Under the pieces are notes generated by a model. That model searched no databases, was not told where the DNA came from, and saw only the letters and a list, made by a program, of their open reading frames with translations. A DNA stretch of 64,000 nt from Candidatus Latescibacterota bacterium (lineage in GTDB: Bacteria > Latescibacterota > UBA2968 > UBA8231). The translations under genes and the position numbers were made by a program. Location of the stretch: assembly GCA_965197905.1 (NCBI GenBank), contig CBDAOB010000004.1:1088001-1152000 (forward strand), written 5' to 3'. Below are positions 54,387-64,000 of the stretch, one piece after another. Position 1 is the first letter of the stretch, and every line of letters starts with the position of its first letter.

Positions 54387-55642
54387 GAAACACCCTGCTG
54401 GTAGCCACGCTCGTAGGTTGGGCCGTCAACGTGTCCGCGGACAGGCTGCTCATTCCAATGGACCAATCGCAGCGCAATCACCTCAAAGCGTATGGAGCCG
54501 CGTTTTGGGCTTTGGAACGGGGCGCTCTGGTCGAATGGCTACTCAACTATCGCGGCGGCTCCTTTCTACTGCAGTCCGATCCGCTCATTGAACGGGAGGT
54601 GCAGATTCGCGGGGTCGGTGTTTCCCGCATCTCCGAAAGCAGCGCTGCAGCGATCTACGTCGAGGTTGATCGCGGCAACATGGAGGTGGTGCGCCTCGAA
54701 AAGGCGCCGAAAATCGCAATCTACACACCGCCCAACTCCCAGCCGTGGGACGACGCGGTGACCATGGCGCTGGATTACGCTCAGATCGATTACGAGAAAA
54801 TTTGGGACGAGGAGGTATTGAAGGGAAAGCTGAGCGAGTTCGACTGGCTGCATTTACATCACGAAGACTTCACGGGTCAGTACGGGAAATTCTTCCAAAG
54901 CGAGCGCCATCGATCCTGGTATCAGGAGCAGCAGCAACTCTACGAGGCGTGGGCGCGGCGGCTAGGATTTCAAAAAGTCTCCAACTTGAAGAAAGAGGTG
55001 GCTCGCACCATTCGCACATACGTGGAGCAGGGCGGTTTTCTCTTTGCTATGTGCTCTGCTACCGACACCTTCGACATCGCCCTCTCCGCTTCCGGAACAG
55101 ACATCGTGCACGAGGTCTACGATGGCGATCCCGCTGACGCCAATGCCCAGTCGCGGCTCGATTTCGCCAACACCGTTGCCTTCGAAAATTTCCGCCTTAT
55201 AGAAGATCCGCTTTATTACGAATTCTCAGACATTGACACGACGCCGACACCGCTGTTGCAGACCCGAGGCGCTGAAGCGGATTATTTTACCCTGTTCGAG
55301 TTCTCCGCCAAACACGATCCGGTGCCAACCATGTTGACCCAGTGTCATACCAACGTGGTCAATGGATTCGTTGGTCAAACCACTGATTTCAAACGTCAGC
55401 TGATCAAAGACTCGGTCGTAATTCTTGCCGAGGTAGAAGGATCGGACGCCGTACGCTATATCCATGGCCAGGTAGGCCGTGGCACGTTCACCTTCTACGG
55501 CGGCCACGATCCCGAGGATTACCGCCATCACGTGGGCGAACCTCCGACGCAGCTGACCCTGTTCCCCACTTCCCCGGGTTACCGGTTGATTCTCAACAAC
55601 GTATTATTTCCCGCAGCCAAAAAGAAGGAAAGAAAAACATGA
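54383..55642 (+). CDS. Conserved exported FCB-group protein, probable class I glutamine-amidotransferase-like fold
   Basis: LIPMD..QRNHLKAYG, WLLNYRGGSF, QPWDDAV, WLHLHHEDFTGQYGKF, GGFLFAMCSATD, GGHDPEDY, SPGYRLILNNVLFPAA. Confidence 0.75.
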   Translation: MRNTLLVATLVGWAVNVSADRLLIPMDQSQRNHLKAYGAAFWALERGALVEWLLNYRGGSFLLQSDPLIEREVQIRGVGVSRISESSAAAIYVEVDRGNMEVVRLEKAPKIAIYTPPNSQPWDDAVTMALDYAQIDYEKIWDEEVLKGKLSEFDWLHLHHEDFTGQYGKFFQSERHRSWYQEQQQLYEAWARRLGFQKVSNLKKEVARTIRTYVEQGGFLFAMCSATDTFDIALSASGTDIVHEVYDGDPADANAQSRLDFANTVAFENFRLIEDPLYYEFSDIDTTPTPLLQTRGAEADYFTLFEFSAKHDPVPTMLTQCHTNVVNGFVGQTTDFKRQLIKDSVVILAEVEGSDAVRYIHGQVGRGTFTFYGGHDPEDYRHHVGEPPTQLTLFPTSPGYRLILNNVLFPAAKKKERKT

Positions 55643-55742
55643 ACCTCGACCGACGGCCGACCAGCTCGAGCGCGAAGCGGCGACAGCCGCGGCACGGCCT
55701 GCGCGCCGCAAAGCATTTTTGCGCACCACTAGTGAGGCACCC

Positions 55743-56756
55743 GTGAGCCAGACAACGAATCAGTTGCACCAGAATGATGACGTTGAGGCGGTGGAACGAC
55801 TCGCCGGAGTCAGCGAGAGACTCTATGCCGAGATCGGCAAGGTCGTCATTGGCCAAAGCGACATCGTCGAGCAGCTGTTTATCGCCCTGTTGGCGGGCGG
55901 TCATTGTCTTTTGGTCGGCGTTCCGGGCTTGGCGAAGACGACCTTGATCCAAACTCTGGCCCGGAGCCTGGATCTAAGATTTGGCCGCATTCAGTTCACC
56001 CCCGACCTGATGCCCTCCGACATAACGGGCACCGAGGTCCTGGAGGAGGATGCCGACAGCCACCGCAAGCAGTTTCGTTTTGTTCGCGGTCCCATATTCG
56101 CCAACATTATCCTCGCCGACGAGATCAACCGGACCCCTCCCAAGACCCAGGCTGCGCTGCTGCAGGCCATGCAGGAACACGCCGTCACCGCGGGCGGCCA
56201 TACCATGAGGTTGGAGGAGCCTTTTTTTGTTCTGGCCACTCAGAATCCGATCGAGCAGGAAGGCACCTACCCGCTGCCCGAGGCCCAGTTGGATCGGTTC
56301 ATCTTCAACCTGTGGATGGACTACCCGGATGCGAGCGAGGAAGAGGAGATCGTGCGGGTCACCACAAGCTCCGGCGGCGCCGATGTTGGGGCCGTTCTAA
56401 GTGGGGCGGAGATCGCCGAGGTACAGCAGCTGGTACGGCGAGTCCCGGTAGCCGATCACGTCGTCAGCTTCGCCGTGAACCTAGTGCGCTGTACCCGTCC
56501 CGGCGATCCCGGCGCACCGGACTATGTCCGCGAGTTAATCCATTGGGGGGCGGGTCCACGAGCCTCTCAAAACCTCGTACTGACCGCCAAAGCCCGGGCG
56601 ATCTTGCACGGACGCCACTCCGTCGCCACCGAAGATATCAAAGAGGTGGCGTTACCGGTTCTGCGTCATCGCCTCGTGGTCAATTTCCACGCCGAAGCGC
56701 AGAACGTCGGTGCGTCGGACCTCGTGCAGCGGCTTCTCGACAGCAACCCTTCCTGA
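55743..56756 (+). CDS. MoxR-family AAA+ ATPase
   Basis: GVPGLAKT, RIQFTPDLMPSDITG, LADEINR.PPKTQ, ATQNPIEQEGTYPLPEAQLDRF. Confidence 0.96.
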   Translation: MSQTTNQLHQNDDVEAVERLAGVSERLYAEIGKVVIGQSDIVEQLFIALLAGGHCLLVGVPGLAKTTLIQTLARSLDLRFGRIQFTPDLMPSDITGTEVLEEDADSHRKQFRFVRGPIFANIILADEINRTPPKTQAALLQAMQEHAVTAGGHTMRLEEPFFVLATQNPIEQEGTYPLPEAQLDRFIFNLWMDYPDASEEEEIVRVTTSSGGADVGAVLSGAEIAEVQQLVRRVPVADHVVSFAVNLVRCTRPGDPGAPDYVRELIHWGAGPRASQNLVLTAKARAILHGRHSVATEDIKEVALPVLRHRLVVNFHAEAQNVGASDLVQRLLDSNPS

Positions 56757-56757
56757 C

Positions 56758-57681
56758 GTGGCTGCGAGCGACAGATCGGAAACACCTGAAGTAGCCTCAT
56801 ATCTCGATCCGGAGGTAGCTTCCCGACTGGGCCGCCTCGATCTCGTCGCGCGGCTGGTGGTGGAGGGATTCATCACCGGATTGCACCGCAGTCCATATCA
56901 CGGTTTCTCGGTAGAATTTTCGGAGCACAGACCCTACCTGCCCGGCGACTCGGCTCGCAATATCGATTGGAAGGCGTTCGGAAAAACCGACCGGCTGTAC
57001 GTAAAACAGTTCGAAGAGGAAACCAACCTCAAAGCTTATCTCGTCCTCGACGTGAGCGGATCGATGGGGTTTCAATCGGGAGCGGCCATCAGCAAGTTCC
57101 GCTACGCTTCATCATTGGCCGCGGCGCTGGCCTATCTGATGTTGCGTCAGCGCGATGCCGTCGGCCTGCTGCTGTTCCACGAAGAGATTGAATCCTTCGT
57201 GCCACCGCGTTCCGTCCATAGCCATCTGCACGTGCTGTTGAAAGAGATCGGTCGCGCCGAACCGGCGGCTGAAACCCGCATCGGCCCCGCTTTCGAAAGC
57301 CTGGTCGAACGCATCTCCCGCCGCGGGTTGATCGTAGTCTTTTCCGACCTTCTCGATGACCCTGCCCAAGTGCTTCAGGGTCTTAGACATTTTAGGCACC
57401 GGGGTCATGAGGTTATTCTGTTTCATGTGCTGGATCCCCGCGAGCGGGACCTGAGTTTTCGCGGCAGCACCCGGTTCATCGACCTGGAGGATCCCGACAA
57501 CGCCCTGTCGACCCAACCTTGGCACGTACAACACGAGTATCGCCAGCTCATGGATGAGATGATAGCTACCTATCGCCACGGCTGCGCCGAAGCCCGAATC
57601 GACTACGTGCTCCTGGACACCGCAACCCCATTTGACGTCGCCCTTACCCGCTATCTCGTGCGCAGAAATCGGATCGGCTGA
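56758..57681 (+). CDS. DUF58 (VWA-like) protein
   Basis: GLHRSPYHGFSVEFSEHRPY.PGD, IDWK, DVSGSM MIDAS-like motif. Confidence 0.93.
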   Translation: MAASDRSETPEVASYLDPEVASRLGRLDLVARLVVEGFITGLHRSPYHGFSVEFSEHRPYLPGDSARNIDWKAFGKTDRLYVKQFEEETNLKAYLVLDVSGSMGFQSGAAISKFRYASSLAAALAYLMLRQRDAVGLLLFHEEIESFVPPRSVHSHLHVLLKEIGRAEPAAETRIGPAFESLVERISRRGLIVVFSDLLDDPAQVLQGLRHFRHRGHEVILFHVLDPRERDLSFRGSTRFIDLEDPDNALSTQPWHVQHEYRQLMDEMIATYRHGCAEARIDYVLLDTATPFDVALTRYLVRRNRIG

Positions 57682-57744
57682 TCCACCGGCATTGGTCGCG
57701 CTGCAGATTTTTTTAGGTGTGCCGATAGCATTAAAGGGTGAATC

Positions 57745-57773
57745 TTGACTTTTTTGTACACATAGGATATTTT
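57745..57773 (+). promoter_or_regulatory. sigma70-type promoter of the suf operon
   Basis: TTGACT, 17 nt, TATTTT. Confidence 0.6.
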
Positions 57774-57828
57774 GGTACTCCGGGGTCGATAGCTTTTCCC
57801 CTAACCGACTCGACTCTTTTGACTTAAA

Positions 57829-57850
57829 ATCTTGACTTTTTTGTCAAGAT
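57829..57850. promoter_or_regulatory. Palindromic operator ATCTTGAC-N6-GTCAAGAT, probable Rrf2-family site
   Basis: Perfect 8-bp inverted repeat; 17 bp of it recur at 57741-57757 over the -35 box. Confidence 0.7.
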
Positions 57851-57901
57851 AATCGCCAGCTCACCGCAGACCTGGCGCTAACTGAGAGGTCTGGAAACCA
57901 G

Positions 57902-59368
57902 ATGACGACGGCTGAAACCGGAATCGAAGAGCTCGCAACTCAGGAGTATAAGTACGGTTTTGTAACCGACATCGATGCGGACGAAGCTCCTCCGGGTCTG
58001 AATGAGGATATCATCCGTTTCATCTCCGCCAAGAAGGACGAGCCCGAGTTCATGCTCGAATGGCGTCTCAAAGCCTACCGAAATTGGCAAAAGATGGACG
58101 ACCCAACCCGACGGAAACCCAGCCGGCTGTGGGCTATGGTCAACTATCCGGACGTGGACTATCAGAGCATCATCTACTATTCCGCCCCGAAGCAGAAGAA
58201 AGGTCCGGAAAGCCTGGATGAGGTGGATCCGGAGCTGTTGGCGACTTACGAAAAGCTGGGCATACCGCTGGCGGAGCAGAAGATGTTGACGGGAGTGGCG
58301 GTGGATGCGGTGTTCGACAGCGTCTCGGTGGCCACGACCTTCAAGGAGAAACTCGGCGAGCTTGGCATCATCTTCTGTTCCTTCAGCGAGGCCGTGCAGA
58401 ACCATCCCGATCTAGTCAAGAAGTACCTCGGGTCCGTAGTACCCTACAACGATAATTTCTTCGCGGCCCTGAATTCAGCCGTGTTCAGCGACGGGTCGTT
58501 TGTTTTCATACCCAAGGGTGTCCGCTGTCCGATGGAGCTGTCCACCTATTTTCGCATCAACGCGGCAAACACGGGTCAGTTCGAACGCACGTTGATTGTT
58601 GCCGACGAGGACAGCTACGTCAGCTACCTCGAGGGTTGTACGGCGCCCATGCGTGACGAGAATCAGCTACATGCAGCTGTGGTGGAGCTGGTCACCCTAG
58701 ATCGAGCCCAGATCAAATACTCGACCGTGCAGAACTGGTATCCCGGGGACGCCAACGGCGTCGGTGGCATCTACAACTTTGTCACCAAACGCGGCGCCTG
58801 CCGCGGCGTCGATTCGAAGATCTCATGGACCCAGGTAGAAACCGGATCCGCCATCACCTGGAAATACCCCAGCTGCATCCTTCAGGGAGACCGTTCCGTA
58901 GGCGAATTCTACTCCGTAGCCGTTTCGGCGCTGCGGCAGCAGGCGGATACCGGCACCAAGATGATTCACTTAGGCAAGGACACCCGGAGCACGGTTATAT
59001 CCAAGGGGATATCCGCCGCGCACGGCCAGAATACCTATAGAGGATGGGTCAACATACAGCGCAACGCAGCCAACGCCCGCAACTACACCCAATGCGACTC
59101 GATGTTGATTGGCGACCAGTGCGGAGCGCACACCTTTCCCTATATCGATGTCAAGAACACCTCTTCCCAGGTGGAGCACGAAGCCTCTACCTCGAAGATT
59201 GGTGAAGATCAAATCTTTTACTGCAATCAGCGTGGGTTGTCCACCGAGGACGCGGTATCTCTCATCGTGAACGGTTTCTGCAAAGAGGTGCTGGCCGAAC
59301 TTCCCATGGAATTCGCCGTGGAGGCCCAGAAGCTGCTGGGTATTAGCCTGGAGGGCAGCGTTGGTTGA
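57902..59368 (+). CDS. sufB: Fe-S cluster assembly protein SufB
   Basis: [43 protein letters not shown]. Confidence 0.98.
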   Translation: MTTAETGIEELATQEYKYGFVTDIDADEAPPGLNEDIIRFISAKKDEPEFMLEWRLKAYRNWQKMDDPTRRKPSRLWAMVNYPDVDYQSIIYYSAPKQKKGPESLDEVDPELLATYEKLGIPLAEQKMLTGVAVDAVFDSVSVATTFKEKLGELGIIFCSFSEAVQNHPDLVKKYLGSVVPYNDNFFAALNSAVFSDGSFVFIPKGVRCPMELSTYFRINAANTGQFERTLIVADEDSYVSYLEGCTAPMRDENQLHAAVVELVTLDRAQIKYSTVQNWYPGDANGVGGIYNFVTKRGACRGVDSKISWTQVETGSAITWKYPSCILQGDRSVGEFYSVAVSALRQQADTGTKMIHLGKDTRSTVISKGISAAHGQNTYRGWVNIQRNAANARNYTQCDSMLIGDQCGAHTFPYIDVKNTSSQVEHEASTSKIGEDQIFYCNQRGLSTEDAVSLIVNGFCKEVLAELPMEFAVEAQKLLGISLEGSVG

Positions 59369-59440
59369 CTCGGGGCGTGGCTGGCACCACGCCGGCTGAC
59401 TCAAAATGAGTCTGGTAGGCCAAAATTTTGGAGACCTAAG

Positions 59441-60202
59441 ATGTTGAAGATCGAGAATCTGCACGCCTCTGTTGAAGGGAGCGAAATCCTGAGGGGCGTC
59501 GACCTGGCTGTTGGCGAGGGCGAGGTTCACGCCATCATGGGTCCGAATGGCTCGGGCAAGAGCACCCTGGCTCAAGTGTTGGCCGGCCATGAAGCGTACG
59601 AGGTGACCGCAGGGTCGGTAACCTACGAGGGAAACGACCTGTTGGAGATGGCTCCGGAGGAGAGAGCACGCGAGGGCCTGTTCCTCGCCTTCCAGTACCC
59701 GGTAGAGATACCCGGAGTCAACTCGGCCTATTTCCTCCGCACGGGTTTGAATGAAATCCGCAAACACCGGGGGGAGGAGGAGGTCGATGCCCTGGATTTT
59801 CTGAGCCTCATTCGCGAGAAGCTCAAGTTGGTGGAGATGGATGAGAGCTTCTTGAAGCGCGCCGTCAACGATGGTTTTTCAGGGGGCGAGAAGAAGCGGC
59901 ACGAGATCCTGCAGATGGCAGTCCTCGAACCCAGGCTTGCCATTTTGGACGAGACCGACTCCGGCCTCGACATCGATGCCTTGCGCATCGTAGCGGATGG
60001 CGTCAACCTGTTGCACGACCAACACAAAAGCGTCGTTGTCGTAACTCACTACCAGCGGCTTTTGGAGTACATCGTACCCGATTTTGTCCACGTCCTGTCG
60101 GCGGGTCGTATCGTGAAGTCGGGCGGCAAGGAGCTGGCGCTGGAATTGGAGGAAAAAGGGTACGACTGGCTGCGGCAGGACGAAGTCGAGCTCGGGAACT
60201 GA
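59441..60202 (+). CDS. sufC: Fe-S cluster assembly ATPase SufC
   Basis: [40 protein letters not shown]. Confidence 0.98.
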   Translation: MLKIENLHASVEGSEILRGVDLAVGEGEVHAIMGPNGSGKSTLAQVLAGHEAYEVTAGSVTYEGNDLLEMAPEERAREGLFLAFQYPVEIPGVNSAYFLRTGLNEIRKHRGEEEVDALDFLSLIREKLKLVEMDESFLKRAVNDGFSGGEKKRHEILQMAVLEPRLAILDETDSGLDIDALRIVADGVNLLHDQHKSVVVVTHYQRLLEYIVPDFVHVLSAGRIVKSGGKELALELEEKGYDWLRQDEVELGN

Positions 60203-60206
60203 GCCA

Positions 60207-61565
60207 ATGGTTCGCTCACAAATCAAGAAGGCCGACCACACCCATCGCTACCGCGTTCTTTTCGAAGATGCCGCCAAGAGTTTGAACGGTGCATCCGCAC
60301 CTCTACTTGCCGGCGCCCGGCAGGAGGCGATGGACCGATTCTTGGAGATGGGGTTTCCCACCACCCGAGACGAAGACTGGCGTTATACCCGGCTCGATCC
60401 CCTCTGGAAGACCGACTTCGAACCGGCGCTGGAAGTACCGTCTGACCGTATTTCGGCAGCGGATGTCAATTCCTGGTCCCCCTTTGACGACAGCGGCATT
60501 CAGCTGGTTTTCATCAATGGTCACTACGCCGAAGGGTTGTCCTCTACCGATCTGGTGCCCGGAAATTGGTCGGTCTGTAGTTTGGCCCAGGCGTGTGAGA
60601 AACACCAAACCCTCATCGAACCGCATTTGAGCCGTCATGTTTCGTTCAAGGAGCACGCGTTTGTCGCTCTCAACACCGCTTTTGCGCAGGATGGAGCGTT
60701 CATTCGAATCGGCAAAGGTGGCAGCGCCGAGCATCCGATTCATCTGCTCTTTCTCACCACCGATGGGGGCGGTAGGGTGTTCTCGTCCCCCAGAAACCTG
60801 ATTGTTGCCGAAGCCGGAAGTCGGGCCCGCGTGGTGGAAAGCTACGTCGGTTGCGGCAAGAATCCGTCGTTGACCAACGTCGTCAGCGAGATCGTCGTGG
60901 AAGAGGAAGCAATCCTCGACCACTACAAGATCCAACGAGGCGGAAACGGCACGATTCACCTCGACACGATGCAGATGGTGGCAGCATCGAAAGCCACCTT
61001 CAAATCGACGTGCGTCACGGTCGGAGGACTCCTCACGCGCAACAACGTCGCCACCGTTCTCGACGGCGAAGGGATCGACTCAACCTTGAACGGCCTCTAC
61101 CTCGTAGACGGCGAAGAGCACATCGACAATCACACGCTCATAGAACACGCGCAACCGAATTGCGGCAGCCATGAATTTTACAAGGGTGTTTTGAGCGGCT
61201 CCGCCACAGCCGCGTTCAGGGGACGTATTCTCGTCCGACGTCCGGCGCAAAAGACAGACGCCTATCAGTCCAATCAAAATCTGCTCCTTTCCGAGAAAGC
61301 CGATGTCAATACGCGGCCACAGCTCGAGATCTATGCAGACGACGTGAAATGCAGCCACGGTGCGACGGTCGGGCAATTAGACGAAGACGCCACATTCTAC
61401 CTTCGCTCTCGCGGCCTGGGGCGCGATATGGCAACCGATGTTTTGACCCAGGCTTTCGCCGGGGAGGTGGTAGACCGAATCGAGAACGAACCGTTGCGGG
61501 ATCTGGTGTCGCGACTGGCTGCGGATAAGCTCGAGGCGGGTCGAATCGCGAGGAGCGAATCTTGA
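60207..61565 (+). CDS. sufD: Fe-S cluster assembly protein SufD
   Basis: EDWRYT, AQKTDAYQ, PQLEIYADDVKCSHGATVG, FYLRSRG. Confidence 0.96.
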   Translation: MVRSQIKKADHTHRYRVLFEDAAKSLNGASAPLLAGARQEAMDRFLEMGFPTTRDEDWRYTRLDPLWKTDFEPALEVPSDRISAADVNSWSPFDDSGIQLVFINGHYAEGLSSTDLVPGNWSVCSLAQACEKHQTLIEPHLSRHVSFKEHAFVALNTAFAQDGAFIRIGKGGSAEHPIHLLFLTTDGGGRVFSSPRNLIVAEAGSRARVVESYVGCGKNPSLTNVVSEIVVEEEAILDHYKIQRGGNGTIHLDTMQMVAASKATFKSTCVTVGGLLTRNNVATVLDGEGIDSTLNGLYLVDGEEHIDNHTLIEHAQPNCGSHEFYKGVLSGSATAAFRGRILVRRPAQKTDAYQSNQNLLLSEKADVNTRPQLEIYADDVKCSHGATVGQLDEDATFYLRSRGLGRDMATDVLTQAFAGEVVDRIENEPLRDLVSRLAADKLEAGRIARSES

Positions 61566-62830
61566 GTCAATCAACCCTCGAAGTTGGCACCGAATTGAGG
61601 CAGGAAGAGTTGGCCTTGGATGTGGAGCTCATTCGTCGCGACTTTCCCATCCTTGAGGAGCAAGTCCGCGACAAACCTCTAATCTACTTCGACAACGCCG
61701 CCACAACCCACAAACCCCAGGGAGTCCTTGCAGCCCTCGCGTCGTACTATACGACCGAGAATTCCAACATACATCGGGGCGTACATCACCTGAGCCAGCG
61801 AGCGACATTCTCCTTCGAGCGGGCACGAGGGCGCGTTCGCATGTTCCTGAACGCCAACGATGCCAGCGAGGTGATTTTTGTTCGAGGCACCACCGAGGCG
61901 ATCAATCTGGTCGCTCAGAGTTACGGTCGCGCCCACGTCAACGCCGGTGATGAGGTTGTCATTTCTCATATGGAGCACCATTCGAACATCGTACCCTGGC
62001 AGTTGCTCTGCGAGGAGAAGGGTGCTCGACTTCGCGTTATTCCCGTGGACGACGACAGCGAACTGGACATGGATGCCTTTGAGAGGTTGCTGAACGACCG
62101 AACTCGAATCGTCGCCGTCACCCACGCCTCCAACGTGACGGGAACGGTCAACCCCATCCAGCAGATCGTTGAATCTGCGCACCGCCACGGCGTTCCCGTG
62201 CTCGTGGATGGGGCGCAGGCGGTGCCTCACATGCTGGTTGACGTTCAAGAGTTGGGGTGTGATTTCTACGCCTTCTCCGGGCACAAATTCTTCGGACCGA
62301 CTGGAATTGGAGTGCTGTACGGAAAACACGCCCTGTTGGCAGAGATGCCCCCGTACGAGGGCGGCGGGTCGATGATCAAATCGGTGTCGTTCGAAGGGAC
62401 GACCTTTGCTCCCCCTCCGACCCGCTTCGAAGCCGGCACGCCAAACATAGCCGGCGCCATAGGTCTCGAGGCCGCCATCGAATATTTCGACCACGTAGGT
62501 GCCGAACGGATCCACCAACACGAACTCGCCGTGCTGGACTACGCGATTGAGCGGTTGTCCGCTATCGACGGGCTAACGATGATCGGAAATGCACGACACA
62601 AGGTGGGCGTCATCTCGTTTGTGATGGAATCCGCCCATCCGCACGATATCGGAACCATCCTCGACACGGAAGGCGTTGCCATCCGCACGGGACACCATTG
62701 CGCCCAACCACTCATGGAACGATTCAACGTGGCGGCCACGGCACGAGTATCCCTCGCTTTCTACAACACGCGTGAGGAGGTCGACGAACTGATCAAGGCA
62801 TTGGGAAGAGTCACGGAGGTATTTTCGTAA
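61562..62830 (+). CDS. sufS: Cysteine desulfurase SufS
   Basis: YFDNAATT.KP, EHHSNIVPW, FSGHK (PLP Lys), RTGHHCAQP. Confidence 0.97.
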   Translation: MSQSTLEVGTELRQEELALDVELIRRDFPILEEQVRDKPLIYFDNAATTHKPQGVLAALASYYTTENSNIHRGVHHLSQRATFSFERARGRVRMFLNANDASEVIFVRGTTEAINLVAQSYGRAHVNAGDEVVISHMEHHSNIVPWQLLCEEKGARLRVIPVDDDSELDMDAFERLLNDRTRIVAVTHASNVTGTVNPIQQIVESAHRHGVPVLVDGAQAVPHMLVDVQELGCDFYAFSGHKFFGPTGIGVLYGKHALLAEMPPYEGGGSMIKSVSFEGTTFAPPPTRFEAGTPNIAGAIGLEAAIEYFDHVGAERIHQHELAVLDYAIERLSAIDGLTMIGNARHKVGVISFVMESAHPHDIGTILDTEGVAIRTGHHCAQPLMERFNVAATARVSLAFYNTREEVDELIKALGRVTEVFS

Positions 62831-63285
62831 TGACCGAGTTGCGCGAGCTCTATCAACAAATCATCCTCGACCACAACAGAAGTCCCCGGAACTTCGGAAA
62901 GCTGGAGACCCCTACCTCAGACCAGGAGGGATACAACCCGCTGTGCGGCGATCACCTTCACATCTACCTCCACGTAGACGAAGACGGGCTCATACAGGAT
63001 ATATCGTTCGAGGGTACGGGGTGCGCGATTTCGAAGGCCTCGGCCTCGCTGATGAGCACCATGGTAAAGGGGAAAACGGTCGAAGAAACCGAAACACTGT
63101 TTCGGGACTTTCACAACTTGCTGACTGGGGATGCTGATTCTGAGGTCGATATGGATGGCCTCGGTAAGTTGGCCGTCTTTGCGGGGGTCCGAGAATTTCC
63201 CATGCGGGTCAAATGCGCCACCTTGGCGTGGCATACGATGAAGGCTGCTCTCGCCGGTCAGGACCACCCCGTTTCCACCGAGTAA
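62830..63285 (+). CDS. sufU: SufU-type Fe-S assembly/sulfur-transfer protein
   Basis: LYQQIILDH, NPLCGD, GCAISKAS, RVKCATLAW. Confidence 0.95.
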   Translation: MTELRELYQQIILDHNRSPRNFGKLETPTSDQEGYNPLCGDHLHIYLHVDEDGLIQDISFEGTGCAISKASASLMSTMVKGKTVEETETLFRDFHNLLTGDADSEVDMDGLGKLAVFAGVREFPMRVKCATLAWHTMKAALAGQDHPVSTE

Positions 63286-63299
63286 AGGAGAGGTGTTTC

Positions 63300-63623
63300 A
63301 TGGATGACACGAGTCCGCAAAATGAAGTCGAAGCGCGTGTGGTGGAAGTGCTGAAGACGTGTTACGATCCAGAGATTCCGGTAAATATCTACGAGCTGGG
63401 TCTGATCTACGACATCGAGGTGGAGGAGGACAACAACGTTCATATAAACATGACGTTGACCTCACCCGCCTGCCCGGTCGCCGGCACGCTGCCTCCTGAG
63501 ATTCAAAACAAGGTCGCGGAAATGCCCGAGATCAGTGATGCGAAGGTCGACGTGGTTTGGGACCCGCCATGGACCGTAGATATGATGTCTGAGGCAGCCA
63601 AGCTCGAATTGGGGATATTGTAG
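63300..63623 (+). CDS. sufT: DUF59/SufT-family protein
   Basis: YDPEIPVNIYELGLIY, MTLTSPACP, WDPPW..DMMSE; ATG 63300 after GAGG. Confidence 0.9.
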   Translation: MDDTSPQNEVEARVVEVLKTCYDPEIPVNIYELGLIYDIEVEEDNNVHINMTLTSPACPVAGTLPPEIQNKVAEMPEISDAKVDVVWDPPWTVDMMSEAAKLELGIL

Positions 63624-63625
63624 CC

Positions 63626-64000
63626 GTGAAACTCAGCTCGCTGGAAGAGTACGGTCTGCGCTGTTTACTTCAGCTTGCCCGTACGAACATGAACCAATCG
63701 CTCACCATCGAAGAGATAAGCCAGGCTGAAGGTATCACTCCGCCAAACGTCGCGAAGATCATGCGCATTATGAGGCGTGGCGGATTCGTGGAAAGCGTTC
63801 GCGGTCAAAACGGCGGGTACACTCTGGCGTTGACCGCTCAGGAGATCATCATAGGCGACGTGCTGGAGGTGTTGGGCGGGCGATTGTACGATCCAAATTT
63901 CTGTGAGCATTTCGTTGGCAGTGAAGATTCGTGCCTGCACGAATCGAGCCATTGTTCCATCAGGTCGCTGTGGAATCGTGTACAAACGGCAGTGGATGAT
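63626..64000 (+). CDS. Rrf2-family transcriptional regulator with three Cys, 3'-truncated (not in ORF track)
   Basis: MKLSSLEEYGLRCLLQLA...VESVRGQNGGYTLA...FCEHFVGSEDSCLHESSHCSIRSLW; open to the window end. Confidence 0.92.
   Translation, partial: MKLSSLEEYGLRCLLQLARTNMNQSLTIEEISQAEGITPPNVAKIMRIMRRGGFVESVRGQNGGYTLALTAQEIIIGDVLEVLGGRLYDPNFCEHFVGSEDSCLHESSHCSIRSLWNRVQTAVDD

Noticed and set aside
59369..59440. Short hairpins between sufB and sufC
   Set aside because: No U-tract or recognisable family; probably ordinary mRNA structure.
1..64000. CRISPR array, rRNA, intact transposase or prophage
   Set aside because: No regularly spaced repeats, rRNA signatures or such ORFs seen by eye.

Overview
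GC-rich bacterial chromosome segment. It is mostly housekeeping: rpmI-rplT-pheST-zapB-like-zapA-rny-ymdB-xseAB-recN-pgsA; efp-gcvH; HNH-scpAB-rluB-cmk-rpsA-mutS; rlmB-lptD-dtd-maf-rodZ-priA; a PorZ-like/DUF4159/DUF4175/TPR/MoxR/DUF58 cluster; and a sufBCDSUT-Rrf2 operon running off the right end. LptD, FlgD/T9SS-type C-terminal domains, a PorZ-like propeller and FxDFFLFADxFG dockerin-like repeats suggest an FCB-group diderm, possibly Latescibacterota-like (inference only). All product calls come from motif recognition by eye, with no database search. Points of interest: (1) a minus-strand operon with a HEXXH peptidase/PD40/Omp85-like protein, two tandem micro-proteins sharing an aromatic-W-R-x-W motif (one missed by the ORF track) and two lipoproteins; (2) an RNase Y with several HD-domain metal ligands replaced; (3) an orphan FliG N-terminal-domain protein after mutS, facing a 38-aa membrane micro-protein; (4) a decayed islet at tRNA-Lys(CTT) with an integrase-like remnant, arm-type repeats, a frameshifted AftB-like transferase-TPR gene and a multi-hairpin intergenic element; (5) a duplicated palindromic operator ahead of suf. 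No CRISPR array, rRNA or intact mobile element was seen.
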